From NCBI RefSeq assembly GCF_003945235.1, contig NZ_RSDW01000001.1, positions 5,130,001 through 5,162,000 of the forward strand: 32,000 nt of DNA. Direction: 5' to 3'. The notes below the pieces were generated by a model, which was not told the DNA's origin, did not search any database, and saw only the letters and a list, made by a program, of their open reading frames with translations. The translations under genes were made by a program, and so were the position numbers. Position 1 is the stretch's first letter; each line of letters begins with the position of its first letter. Positions 24,431 to 32,000 of this stretch are shown here, in pieces. The stretch is from Edaphobacter aggregans (lineage in GTDB: Bacteria > Acidobacteriota > Terriglobia > Terriglobales > Acidobacteriaceae).

Positions 24431-24850
24431 CTAGGCGAAGGCCAGCATCGCGGCACCGATGGTGATCAGTGATGCCGCGCCGATCTTCAATGGAGTTATA
24501 TGCTCGCCCAAGAAGAGCCACGCGCCAAAGATGACGAGTACAACGCTGAGCTTGTCGACCGGAGCTACGCTTGAGGCGGGGCCTAGCTGCAACGCACGGA
24601 AGTAGCAGAGCCAAGACAGGCCGGTGCAGATTCCTGAGAGGATGAGAAAGAGCCAGCTTCTACGGCCGATCTCAGCCAAGCCGTGGTGCGTTTCAAGGCC
24701 GAGAGCGATCGCCCAGGTGAAGACTAGTATGACGGTGGTGCGGATTGCTGTCGCCAGGTTGGAGTCGATGCCGGAGACCCCTACCTTGGCCAACAACGCT
24801 GTTGCGGCAGCGAATGCAGCGGAGAGCAATGCCCAAAAGACCCAAGTCAT
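24431..24850 (-). CDS. Small EamA/DMT-family membrane transporter (139 aa)
   Basis: From the ATG at 24850: MTWVFWALLSAAFAAATALLAKVGVSGIDSNLATAIRTTVILVF..., four to five TM helices and a single EamA-like domain. The upstream ORF-track extension is implausible. Confidence 0.75.
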   Translation of the reverse strand: MTWVFWALLSAAFAAATALLAKVGVSGIDSNLATAIRTTVILVFTWAIALGLETHHGLAEIGRRSWLFLILSGICTGLSWLCYFRALQLGPASSVAPVDKLSVVLVIFGAWLFLGEHITPLKIGAASLITIGAAMLAFA

Positions 24851-24916
24851 GCTTCGAGGATACGCCGCTCGGCCTGGTTCTTGACGGGTCCGGATCTCGT
24901 ACGTGAATATTTTGCC

Positions 24917-25807
24917 ATGCGGAAATGCCTGCAACATCTTGTCTCCAGTCTGGTCTTTGTTCTTGCGGGAACATCGTTTCTGGGTCAGCAGCCGGCTCCT
25001 TATGTGTCTCCGACGGATCCTGATCTCCACGAGAAGCTGGGCCTGCCCAAGCCTGCCGATCCTAATCTGCCTACACTTTTTCTTGTCGGAGACTCGACGG
25101 TTCGCAATGGTCATGGTGACGGGGCCAACGGTCAGTGGGGATGGGGCGAGCCACTGGTGGAGTTCTTCGATGTCGCCAGGATCAATGTGGTGAATCGTGC
25201 GATCGGGGGCCGAAGCAGCCGCACCTATATTACTGAAGGACACTGGGACGATACGCTGGCGCTGATGAAGCCTGGTGATGTTGTGCTGTTTCAATTTGGG
25301 CACAACGATTCGGGGCCTTTGGACGATACTGCTCGGGCTCGCGGCACGTTACCGGGTGTTGGCGACGAGACTCGGGAGATTGAGAATCCTATTCTGAGGA
25401 GGCACGAGACGGTTCATACGTACGGCTGGTATATGAGGAAGTATGTGGGTGATACGATCGCCAAGGGAGCGACTCCGATTGTTTTCTCACCTATTCCACG
25501 GAAGATATGGAAGGATGGCAAGGTTGTGCGTAATGCGCAGGACTATGGTGGATGGGCTCGCCAGGTGGCGGTCCAGCAGCATGTTTTTTTTGTCGACCTG
25601 AATGAGATCATCGCCCGGCGCTACGATGCTTTGGGCGAGGCGAAAGTGGAGGCCCTATTTGCCGACCCGCATACGCATACGAGCCGGGCTGGAGCAGAGT
25701 TGAACGCCGAGTGCGTTGTGGCTGGACTCAAAGCGCTTCCGAAGAATCCGGTGGCGGCGGATTTTTCGGTGAGGGCGAAGGCGGTTTCAGCCGACGCGGG
25801 AAACTGA
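24917..25807 (+). CDS. SGNH/GDSL hydrolase, rhamnogalacturonan acetylesterase-like
   Basis: Signal peptide MRKCLQHLVSSLVFVLAGTSFLG. Block I is LFLVGDSTVRNG. The C-terminal D-x-x-H is DPHTHTS. Confidence 0.8.
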   Translation: MRKCLQHLVSSLVFVLAGTSFLGQQPAPYVSPTDPDLHEKLGLPKPADPNLPTLFLVGDSTVRNGHGDGANGQWGWGEPLVEFFDVARINVVNRAIGGRSSRTYITEGHWDDTLALMKPGDVVLFQFGHNDSGPLDDTARARGTLPGVGDETREIENPILRRHETVHTYGWYMRKYVGDTIAKGATPIVFSPIPRKIWKDGKVVRNAQDYGGWARQVAVQQHVFFVDLNEIIARRYDALGEAKVEALFADPHTHTSRAGAELNAECVVAGLKALPKNPVAADFSVRAKAVSADAGN

Positions 25808-25808
25808 G

Positions 25809-26246
25809 TTAGAGCGCGGCCTTTTCGAGATCGACCGTCTGCCATTCGCCGCGCTCAATGCCGGCGCGAATCTGGGACGGGGTCAGTCCCTTTTTGGTTT
25901 GCTCGTATGCGTAGACACCCTCTTTCAAGCAGGTAGAGCAGACAGCCCCATGGGTTCCTTCGAAACAGCTGTGTAGGCTATTGTGGCCCATCGCTCGGTC
26001 GCAGTGGCAGTAACAGGGTTGCTGATGCAGGACAGCCGGGATTTTCGCAGCCATCTTGTAGGCAGTTACTTGGTAGGGGTGTGAGAAGTAGATTCCCGTG
26101 AGCTGGTCTCCGCTCAGAATTGGCGGCAATTGCTTTGTAGGAGCGGTTGCATTGTAGGCCGGAACGTCGGCTGAGGGATTGGTCCATTGCGCCGATGCTG
26201 CGAGGGTTACCAGTCCGAGTACTGCGCAACCGAGAATTTTTTTCAT
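25809..26246 (-). CDS. Secreted Cys-rich CYCXC-motif protein
   Basis: ATG at 26246 (AGGGAG upstream). Signal peptide MKKILGCAVLGLVTLAASAQ. Motif PCYCHCDRAMGHNSLHSCFEGTHGAVCSTC. The family name is from memory. Confidence 0.65.
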   Translation of the reverse strand: MKKILGCAVLGLVTLAASAQWTNPSADVPAYNATAPTKQLPPILSGDQLTGIYFSHPYQVTAYKMAAKIPAVLHQQPCYCHCDRAMGHNSLHSCFEGTHGAVCSTCLKEGVYAYEQTKKGLTPSQIRAGIERGEWQTVDLEKAAL

Positions 26247-26348
26247 GCTCCCTATCATATTGCTCATCCTGTTCAGCCTAATCAATATTTTCCTTTTTCT
26301 TAGACGTTGGGAAGGAAGAACGGTCCTCACTGATTCTTGTCAAATCGT

Positions 26349-26365
26349 CTTATTTCAATGAGATA
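26349..26365 (+). repeat. 17-nt motif cttatttcaatgagata (copy a)
   Basis: Repeated with a single-T indel at 26826-26843. Lies ~100 nt upstream of the minus-strand CYCXC gene start. Confidence 0.6.
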
Positions 26366-26585
26366 GAGAATTTTATTTGTGAAATTGTATTGAGTGAAAT
26401 GACTTGCAGATAGTGTTCATCCTAAATAAGGAAGCGCGGCCAAAGTTCTCATATCCTTGCGATAAAGGCTGGATCCATTCGGCAATGAGATCTCTTTGTA
26501 TATGAATGACATTAGGGGAGATCAGCTGGCCAACATTTGTCGCCAAGGCTGTCTGGGTGAGGGTTATTCCTAGTCGGAAACGGTC

Positions 26586-26623
26586 AAAAAAAAGGCGGCA
26601 CGAACGGTTCATTGTTCGTGCCG
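26586..26623 (-). terminator. Strong Rho-independent terminator (minus strand)
   Basis: Minus strand reads CGGCACGAAC-aatgaacc-GTTCGTGCCG-cc-TTTTTTTT: a 10-bp GC-rich stem, 8-nt loop and T8 tract. It is ~300 nt downstream of the nearest minus-strand stop (26928). Confidence 0.75.
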
Positions 26624-26825
26624 GGAGGCCAGTGACGCAACTTGTGTCAGCCGGTGATTTACGACTTGGCTGAAAACCTGACGGACGGGAAGTGCTCACG
26701 TCCTTATGTATTGAATATACCACAATATGGAGGATGTCATTAAAAAAATACGTTCTGCCATATAAATTTCACGTTTTTGGCTCGATTTTTAGGTGAAGAC
26801 GGCAGCTGTTTTAAGAACTTATCCG

Positions 26826-26843
26826 CTTATTTTCAATGAGATA
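26826..26843 (+). repeat. 18-nt motif cttattttcaatgagata (copy b)
   Basis: See copy a. Lies ~85 nt upstream of a promoter-like TGgTATATT on the minus strand. Confidence 0.6.
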
Positions 26844-26927
26844 TCCGTTTTTATAAAATAAATCGCTTTTTCTGTGTTTTGTAGTAGACAGTATGAATGA
26901 ATGTTCGTTCGCCCACGAAAAGGTTAG

Positions 26928-27212
26928 CTAGGCGAGCTCTTTGGTGATGCGAGCGGCCATGGCAGCGTCGCGGCTGGTGATGCCGCCAGCGTCGTGGGAG
27001 ATGAGACCAAGTTGGACCCGGTTGTAGCGAATGTCGATGTCAGGGTGGTGGCCTGCAGATTCGGCGAGTTCGGCTACGCGGTTAACGAAGGCCATGGCCT
27101 CAACGAAGTCCTTGAAGGTCCATTCACGGATGAGTTTGCCTTCATGGAGCTTCCACTCCGGGTTAGCTTTTAGCAGGACGTCGATCTCGGCGGTAGAGAG
27201 GGCTGGCTTCAT
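26928..27212 (-). CDS. Pterin-4-alpha-carbinolamine dehydratase
   Basis: MKPALSTAEIDVLLKANPEWKLHEGKLIREWTFKDFVEAMAFVNRVAELAESAGHHPDIDIRYNRVQLGLISHDAGGIT is the canonical PCD fold motif (GHHPD). GAGGTG upstream of the ATG at 27212. Confidence 0.9.
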   Translation of the reverse strand: MKPALSTAEIDVLLKANPEWKLHEGKLIREWTFKDFVEAMAFVNRVAELAESAGHHPDIDIRYNRVQLGLISHDAGGITSRDAAMAARITKELA

Positions 27213-27305
27213 TCGGTTCACCTCGCGGATTCTGATCTGTGCGGCGGATTCCCTGCGGGATGACAGCAGGAACGGTGGTAGCAAAATGCTGCTTCGAGAG
27301 GGATG

Positions 27306-28424
27306 CTAGACCGCCACGCGATCTTGCGCAACTTCGGGGTGACAGAGCTTGGCGGAGAGGATTGCGGGGGAGAGGCGCTCGATTTCGGCGCGCAGATCGG
27401 TCCATGATTCGGTGGGCATGCTGAGGAAGACTTCGACGATGGTGGGATCGAATTGGTGGTTGGAGCAGTGGGTAATCTCTTTTTTTGCGGCTTCGAAGGT
27501 AGTGCCTTTGCGGTAGGGGCGGTCGGAGGTCATGGCGTCGAGCGTGTCGGCGATGGCGAAGATGCGTGCGCCCAGGGGGATTTCGGTGCCGCTTAGGCCG
27601 CGCGGATAGCCGGTTCCGTCGAAGCGTTCCTGGTGGGCGTAGACGATTTCGGCGGCTTCGCGGAGGAAGGGAATTTTGCGGATCATCTCGTAGCCGCGCT
27701 GACAGTGTTCGCGCATGATGGCCATCTCTTCGGGGTTGAGACGGCCGGGTTTGAGGAGGATTCGGTCTGGGATGGCGATCTTTCCGATGTCGTGGAGGAA
27801 GGCTCCGCGGGCGATGATTTTGAGGTCGTCGGCGTGGATGTTCATGGCGCGGGCGAGAGCGATGGTGTAGGCGGTGACTCGCTTGGAGTGGCCCTCGGTC
27901 TCCTGGTCGCGGAGGTCGAGGGCGTCGCCCATGGCTTCGAGGGTGATGTCGTAGCTGCGCTCCAGGTCGGCCATGGTGGCGCGCAGGCGGCTGGTGCGGG
28001 CGGCGACCATGTCTTCGAGGTTGTGGAGGTAGATAGTGTTTTGCTGGCGCAGGCGGCTGTGTTCGACGGCACGGGTGACGACGGCTTCGAGCTGGGCGCG
28101 CTGGAAGGGCTTGAGGAGATAGTCGACGGCTCCGCGGCGGAAGGCGTTGGTGGCGACGTGGATGTCGTGGACTGCGGTGAGCATGACGACGGGGATGGCT
28201 GGATAGTCGGCGCAGATCTGGTCAAGGAGGCTGAGGCCGTCGGTGCCGGGCATCATGATGTCGGAGAGGACGAGGTCGTAGGCCTGGTCTTCGCGGAGGT
28301 GATGGAGGGCTTGCTGGGCGCCTTCGGCCGTGGTGGCGGAGTAGCCGAGGTGGTCGAGCATGGCGGCTACGATGCTGCGCACGGCGGCCTCGTCATCGAC
28401 TACCAGGATTCTTTGCTGCGACAT
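27306..28424 (-). CDS. Response regulator with HD-GYP phosphodiesterase output domain (RpfG-like)
   Basis: REC domain (ILVVDDEAAVRSIV...LVLSDIMMPGTDG), then HD-GYP (HDIGKIAIPDRILLKPGRLN...HQERFDGTGYPRGL). The ATG at 28424 is preferred. An in-frame upstream ATG at 28610 would add a 62-aa Q/P/T/H-rich extension. Confidence 0.88.
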   Translation of the reverse strand: MSQQRILVVDDEAAVRSIVAAMLDHLGYSATTAEGAQQALHHLREDQAYDLVLSDIMMPGTDGLSLLDQICADYPAIPVVMLTAVHDIHVATNAFRRGAVDYLLKPFQRAQLEAVVTRAVEHSRLRQQNTIYLHNLEDMVAARTSRLRATMADLERSYDITLEAMGDALDLRDQETEGHSKRVTAYTIALARAMNIHADDLKIIARGAFLHDIGKIAIPDRILLKPGRLNPEEMAIMREHCQRGYEMIRKIPFLREAAEIVYAHQERFDGTGYPRGLSGTEIPLGARIFAIADTLDAMTSDRPYRKGTTFEAAKKEITHCSNHQFDPTIVEVFLSMPTESWTDLRAEIERLSPAILSAKLCHPEVAQDRVAV

Positions 28425-28707
28425 TTGGCTTGGTGCTCCGCTGCGCGATGGCGCTTTTTTTGTTATCGGCTGGGTGTGCTGAGGCTTTAATTGTGTGAAT
28501 TTTTGTGTGTGGTGAAGAGTGGCAAAGGGCTGTTTTTGCTGGGGGTTTTGAGGAGATGTGCGAGCAAAACGTGGCGGTTGGTGGTTGGTTAGCGGTGAAA
28601 AGTGTGGCAAGTGTGGTAAGCGGACGGCTGTTTTTGAGGTTTGAAAAGCATGCCACGGGTTTGAGATTTTCTGTGGAAAAGTTTTTTTGGACGGTTTCCT
28701 TTCCGAT

Positions 28708-28742
28708 GGAAGGAAGCGTTCGCGCTTTGCGCGAATGCCCCA
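28708..28742 (+). repeat. Short hairpin repeat E1
   Basis: ggaaggaaGCGTTCGCGCtttGCGCGAATGCccca. About 28/35 positions are identical to 30132-30167. Confidence 0.55.
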
Positions 28743-28890
28743 ATCATGTGATGAGACCGCATGATTGGGGTACCCAGAGTATGGGTCGGTTTTGATGTAT
28801 GGGCCACTGTTTGCCGACTAAGCCAGAATTTCTGAAAACGGATGCTATAAATCGGACGGAACATTTTCGTTCAAACGAGATCAATCGGGG

Positions 28891-30114
28891 ATGGATATGA
28901 GACGTGTTGCTGTTCTTTTGATGTGCCTGGTTTGCACTACAGGATTTGGGCAGAGCACGTTGCCTGAGCTGAAGGCCCTTGCTGATGCTCACCAGTGGGC
29001 CGATCTTCGAGAGGCTGCAGCGAAGAGTGACCACGCTACGTTCTATCGCGCGATTGCGGCAGCGGTCTTCAATGAGCCTGGGGCAGAGGCGTTGTTCAGG
29101 TCGGTCATCCTGAACGATCCGCGCTCTGAGGAGGCGTATCAATCGTATGACTGGCTGTCGAACATGTATCTCAAGACAGGGCGGTATCGGAGTCTGGAGG
29201 CCGTGATGGAAGCGAGATGGGCGGCGTTTCCAAACAAGAAGGGGGCGGCCTCCGAGAAGAAGGAGTTAGTTCCATTTCGCGGCTTACCGGACCAGAAAAA
29301 CGGTGAACGGCGGATATCTACACTTCATCACGATCCTCATTCATTCGGGGTTTCGCTCATAATCAACAACAAGCAGGTTGAGTTCTTCTTCGATGATGGA
29401 GCAGACTTTTCCTGCATCAGCGAACTTGAGGCAAAGAGGCTGGGTATGGAGATCCGAGAGACGACGGGTTCGGTGGGAACTATGACGAGGGACGCCAGCT
29501 TCCGCACGGCAATAGCGCACAATGTGACGATCGGCGCTATGCACTTTGAGGATGTGTCCTTTGCTGTCTTTCCAGATGACCATGAGCCCTGGTCGCTTAC
29601 TCCGCTGGGAAATCGGGGAATCATCGGCCTGCCTCTGATGGTTGCGACTGGGACGTTTCGCTGGAAGGCCGATGGGACGCTCATTATCGGCGAAGAGCCA
29701 GAGCCGCTGAATGCGCAGGAATCCAACCTCTTTTTCGATGTGGGAAAACGTCCTGTGTTGAAGGTGGGTTTTCAGGGACAGGAGATTTGGACAGCACTGG
29801 ATACCGGCGCCATGACGACGGACATCTATGCTGCGTTTGCGCAGCGGTTCTCGGAGTATCTAAAGAAGAATGGCAAGGCCGGACAAAATGAGATTCGCGG
29901 TATCGGTGGTGCGGAGACATACGATTCGATTGACGTGCCTGAACTTCCGTTGGAAGTAGGAGGGAGCGAAGTGATGTTGAAACCGGCACATGTCCTTACC
30001 AAACGGAGTGAACGAAGAGACTGGATATTTGCAAACGTCGGGAAGGATCTGCTTACGCAGACTTCTGGGTTCAAGATCGACTTTGGAGCGATGAAACTGA
30101 CGCTTGAGCCCTGA
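28891..30114 (+). CDS. Secreted tandem retropepsin-like aspartyl protease family protein with a TPR-like N-terminus
   Basis: Signal peptide MDMRRVAVLLMCLVCTTGFGQ. Two clan-AA-type motifs: FFFDDGADFSCIS and TALDTGAMTTDI. Confidence 0.7.
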   Translation: MDMRRVAVLLMCLVCTTGFGQSTLPELKALADAHQWADLREAAAKSDHATFYRAIAAAVFNEPGAEALFRSVILNDPRSEEAYQSYDWLSNMYLKTGRYRSLEAVMEARWAAFPNKKGAASEKKELVPFRGLPDQKNGERRISTLHHDPHSFGVSLIINNKQVEFFFDDGADFSCISELEAKRLGMEIRETTGSVGTMTRDASFRTAIAHNVTIGAMHFEDVSFAVFPDDHEPWSLTPLGNRGIIGLPLMVATGTFRWKADGTLIIGEEPEPLNAQESNLFFDVGKRPVLKVGFQGQEIWTALDTGAMTTDIYAAFAQRFSEYLKKNGKAGQNEIRGIGGAETYDSIDVPELPLEVGGSEVMLKPAHVLTKRSERRDWIFANVGKDLLTQTSGFKIDFGAMKLTLEP

Positions 30115-30131
30115 TGATTCGATTTGCGTGG

Positions 30132-30167
30132 GGAAGGGAATGGTTTGCGCTTTGCCCGAATGGCCCA
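30132..30167 (+). repeat. Short hairpin repeat E2
   Basis: ggaagggaatggtttgcgctttgcccgaatggccca, similar to E1. Lies 18 nt after the protease stop. Confidence 0.55.
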
Positions 30168-30199
30168 TGCCATTTTCAGAATAAGTCAGCTTGCTATTT

Positions 30200-30628
30200 A
30201 TGTGTACTATGCGTAATAGTACACGTGTGATCCCCTTTCGCCTGACAAACCGTCCAGGTATTCCCATCTATGAGCAGGTTGTGTATGCCGCCACACGTGC
30301 CATCGTGGCTGGGCAGCTTAGCGAGGGTGATCCGTTTCCTTCTGTACGTACGCTTTCTCGGGAACTCCATATCAACCCGAATACTGCACATAAAGTGATT
30401 GCGCAATTGATCGACGACGGATTGCTTGAATCCCGCCCAGGCATCGGTACTGTTGTCGCTTCCTTTCGTACTGCAACCGCCAGAGAACGTACAGAGCTTC
30501 TCAATAGACAAATCGAAGAGCTTGTTGTCGAGGCAAAGCGCCTTTCGATCGAACTCAATGAAGTGACGTCGGCAATATCACGGCACTGGAAACGTCTGTC
30601 CACCTTATCGCAGGAAGTATCCAAATGA
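30200..30628 (+). CDS. GntR-family (YtrA-subfamily) transcriptional regulator
   Basis: IPIYEQVVYAATRAIVAGQLSEGDPFPSVRTLSRELHINPNTAHKVIAQLIDDGLLESRPGIGTVVA, with the short C-terminal helical tail typical of YtrA. The start could be ATG 30200 or 30209. The stop overlaps the ABC ATPase start (ATGA). Confidence 0.88.
   Translation: MCTMRNSTRVIPFRLTNRPGIPIYEQVVYAATRAIVAGQLSEGDPFPSVRTLSRELHINPNTAHKVIAQLIDDGLLESRPGIGTVVASFRTATARERTELLNRQIEELVVEAKRLSIELNEVTSAISRHWKRLSTLSQEVSK
30202..30224. promoter_or_regulatory. Perfect 9-bp inverted repeat overlapping the GntR start region; candidate YtrA/GntR autoregulatory operator
   Basis: GTGTACTAT-gcgta-ATAGTACAC fits the GT..AC-type GntR operator logic. It is followed by an overlapping ACACGTGT palindrome (30221-30228). 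Confidence 0.6.
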
Positions 30629-31566
30629 CCCCACAGCCTCCGGCAATCGAAGTACGTCAACTCAGTAAACAATTCGGTGCAGCTCAGGTTCTCTCGCCGC
30701 TTGATCTGGTTGTTCCCGCTGGATCGATCTTCGCGCTTGTAGGGCATAACGGCGCGGGCAAGACAACGCTTATTAAGCTGCTGATGAATATTCTTCGACC
30801 GTCTGCGGGCGCTGCTACCGTTCTTGGGCAATCGACGACCTCTCTCTCGAGTTCAGCGTTCACTCGCATTGGTTATGTGTCCGAGAACCAAGAGCTGCCG
30901 GAGTGGATGACAGTTCAGGGGTTTCTTGATTATCTGCGGCCCTTCTATCCCACGTGGGACGAGTCGGGGCTTCTCGCTGATCTCGATCTTCCACGCGATC
31001 AGAAGCTCAAGCATCTTTCGCGTGGTATGCGGATGAAGGCTCTCTTCGCCAGCGTGCTTGCGTTTCATCCCTCCTTGATCCTGATGGACGAGCCCTTCTC
31101 TGGGCTTGATCCGGTTACACGCGACGAGCTTATTCAAACGCTGCTTGGACGAATGAGCCCGGAGGATGAATTGAATCATCGCGGGACCACGATCCTCATC
31201 TCTTCGCACGATCTTGCAGAGATCGAATCGTTCGCCACTCACGTAGCTTTTCTGCACCGAGGAGCGCTCCTCTTCGCGGAACCGATGGACACGCTCATTG
31301 CGCGGTTTCGCGAGGTTACTGTGACGCTTTCGACGGGGGAGACAGTTGGAGCTAACGCCGATCTCCCTGCTGACTGGTTGTCGCCAGAGTCGTGTGGCGC
31401 GGTTCTTCGATTCGTACACAGCAGGGCCGACAGGGAAGATCCCGAGATGGAGGTTCGCAAACTCCTGCCCGGGATCAGGCATGTCGAATCGGAGCCGATG
31501 ACGCTTCGAACGATCTTCCTTGCGCTTGCAAAGGCGAATCGCCATCAGGAATGGAGTCGTTCATGA
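30625..31566 (+). CDS. ABC transporter ATP-binding protein (ABC-2/YtrB-like, with a C-terminal extension)
   Basis: Walker A GHNGAGKTT, signature LSRGMRMK, Walker B LILMDEPFSGLD, H-loop SSHD. Confidence 0.92.
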   Translation: MTPQPPAIEVRQLSKQFGAAQVLSPLDLVVPAGSIFALVGHNGAGKTTLIKLLMNILRPSAGAATVLGQSTTSLSSSAFTRIGYVSENQELPEWMTVQGFLDYLRPFYPTWDESGLLADLDLPRDQKLKHLSRGMRMKALFASVLAFHPSLILMDEPFSGLDPVTRDELIQTLLGRMSPEDELNHRGTTILISSHDLAEIESFATHVAFLHRGALLFAEPMDTLIARFREVTVTLSTGETVGANADLPADWLSPESCGAVLRFVHSRADREDPEMEVRKLLPGIRHVESEPMTLRTIFLALAKANRHQEWSRS

Positions 31567-32000
31567 TGCAAGCTTTTCACATCTTTCGCAAAGATCTCCG
31601 CCATCTGTGGCCGGAGTTTGGAGTTTATGTTCTTTTACTTCTGGCCTATGCGGTCGCCGCTCCTGAGGTTCGGCCCGGATCGGGCTCGCCCGACTCTCTG
31701 GTACTCATATCCGTCAGGCTGCTGACGTACCTGATCGCCATTGCCTTTTTTGTCCTCATTGTTCGAGTGATTCACGAAGAGCGTCTTGTTGGCGTGGAAC
31801 AGTTTTGGATCACACGTCCCTATCGCTGGAGTTCGTTGCTGATTGCAAAGGTCATCTTTATCTTTACCTGTGTGGTTCTGCCGTTTGTCGTCATGCAGGG
31901 GTGGTTGCTTTCCCAGGCTGGGCTCGGCATGCTTGATTCTCCATCGGGCATGATGCGTTCTCTGCTGATGATTTGTCTGATTGTGTGGCTCCCTTTCACG
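31563..32000 (+). CDS. Integral membrane protein (putative permease partner of the ABC ATPase), 5' part; continues past the right window edge
   Basis: Not in the ORF track (no stop). The ATG at 31563 overlaps the upstream stop (ATGA). Manual translation gives MMQAFHIFRKDLRHLWPEFGVYVLLLLAYAVAAP...LLTYLIAIAFFVLIVRVIHEE...VIFIFTCVVLPFVVMQGW, with several TM helices. Confidence 0.7.
   Translation, partial: MMQAFHIFRKDLRHLWPEFGVYVLLLLAYAVAAPEVRPGSGSPDSLVLISVRLLTYLIAIAFFVLIVRVIHEERLVGVEQFWITRPYRWSSLLIAKVIFIFTCVVLPFVVMQGWLLSQAGLGMLDSPSGMMRSLLMICLIVWLPFT

Noticed and set aside
26373-26723. 116-aa minus-strand ORF in the AT-rich island
   Set aside because: It reads straight through the 10-bp stem and T8 terminator. 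It has an odd S/R/T-rich composition, a non-ATG start and no SD. It is more likely non-coding; see the sRNA candidate.
27633-28490. 285-aa + strand ORF (and 27842-28225 on the minus strand, alternative frame)
   Set aside because: These are shadow ORFs of the HD-GYP response regulator gene. They give G/D/V/E-rich or P/S/T-rich nonsense compositions, while the regulator frame carries complete REC and HD-GYP motifs.
28808-28846. Possible degenerate extra copy of the tripartite repeat (gtttgccgac...atttctgaaaacgg)
   Set aside because: Only the arm C-like 12-mer matches, with one mismatch. The putative arm B is not complementary, and arm A and the right flank are absent. It is probably a chance match.

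Overview
GC-rich bacterial chromosomal segment. The gene content (ADOP/MacB-like permease, PadR, a TIGR03436-like 'VWFA-related' protein) suggests Acidobacteriota/Terriglobia, which is an inference. The window has three parts. (1) 1-10.5 kb is an accessory-looking stretch of small, mostly signal-peptide or orphan genes. It is partitioned by at least 8 same-orientation copies of a ~60-85 nt tripartite repeat, one of which is interrupted by a MITE-like hairpin element. It also holds a two-gene operon whose products share a ~95-aa domain. (2) 10.7-18.6 kb is an SOS/mutagenesis supercluster: Pol IV (dinB) overlaps a DinB/YfiT-like gene and lies divergent from imuA-imuB-dnaE2 plus a small coupled ORF. 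A motif is shared at identical spacing before both first genes. (3) 18.9-32 kb holds housekeeping and regulatory genes: alpha/beta hydrolase, GlxA/AraC regulator, EamA transporter, SGNH esterase, CYCXC protein, pterin dehydratase, HD-GYP response regulator, tandem retropepsin-like protease, and a GntR-ABC operon. These surround a decayed ssrA (tmRNA)-associated integrase island remnant with a frameshifted and truncated oxidoreductase, an IS1182-like transposase fragment and an orphan PadR. There is also a 680-bp AT-rich intergenic island with a strong orphan terminator (candidate sRNA). The best candidate for something undescribed is the unidirectional repeat array at 0.86-10.5 kb. It is cassette-like, but canonical integron attC cores and an integron integrase are not visible. 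All coordinates and counts were derived by hand from the sequence and should be verified computationally.
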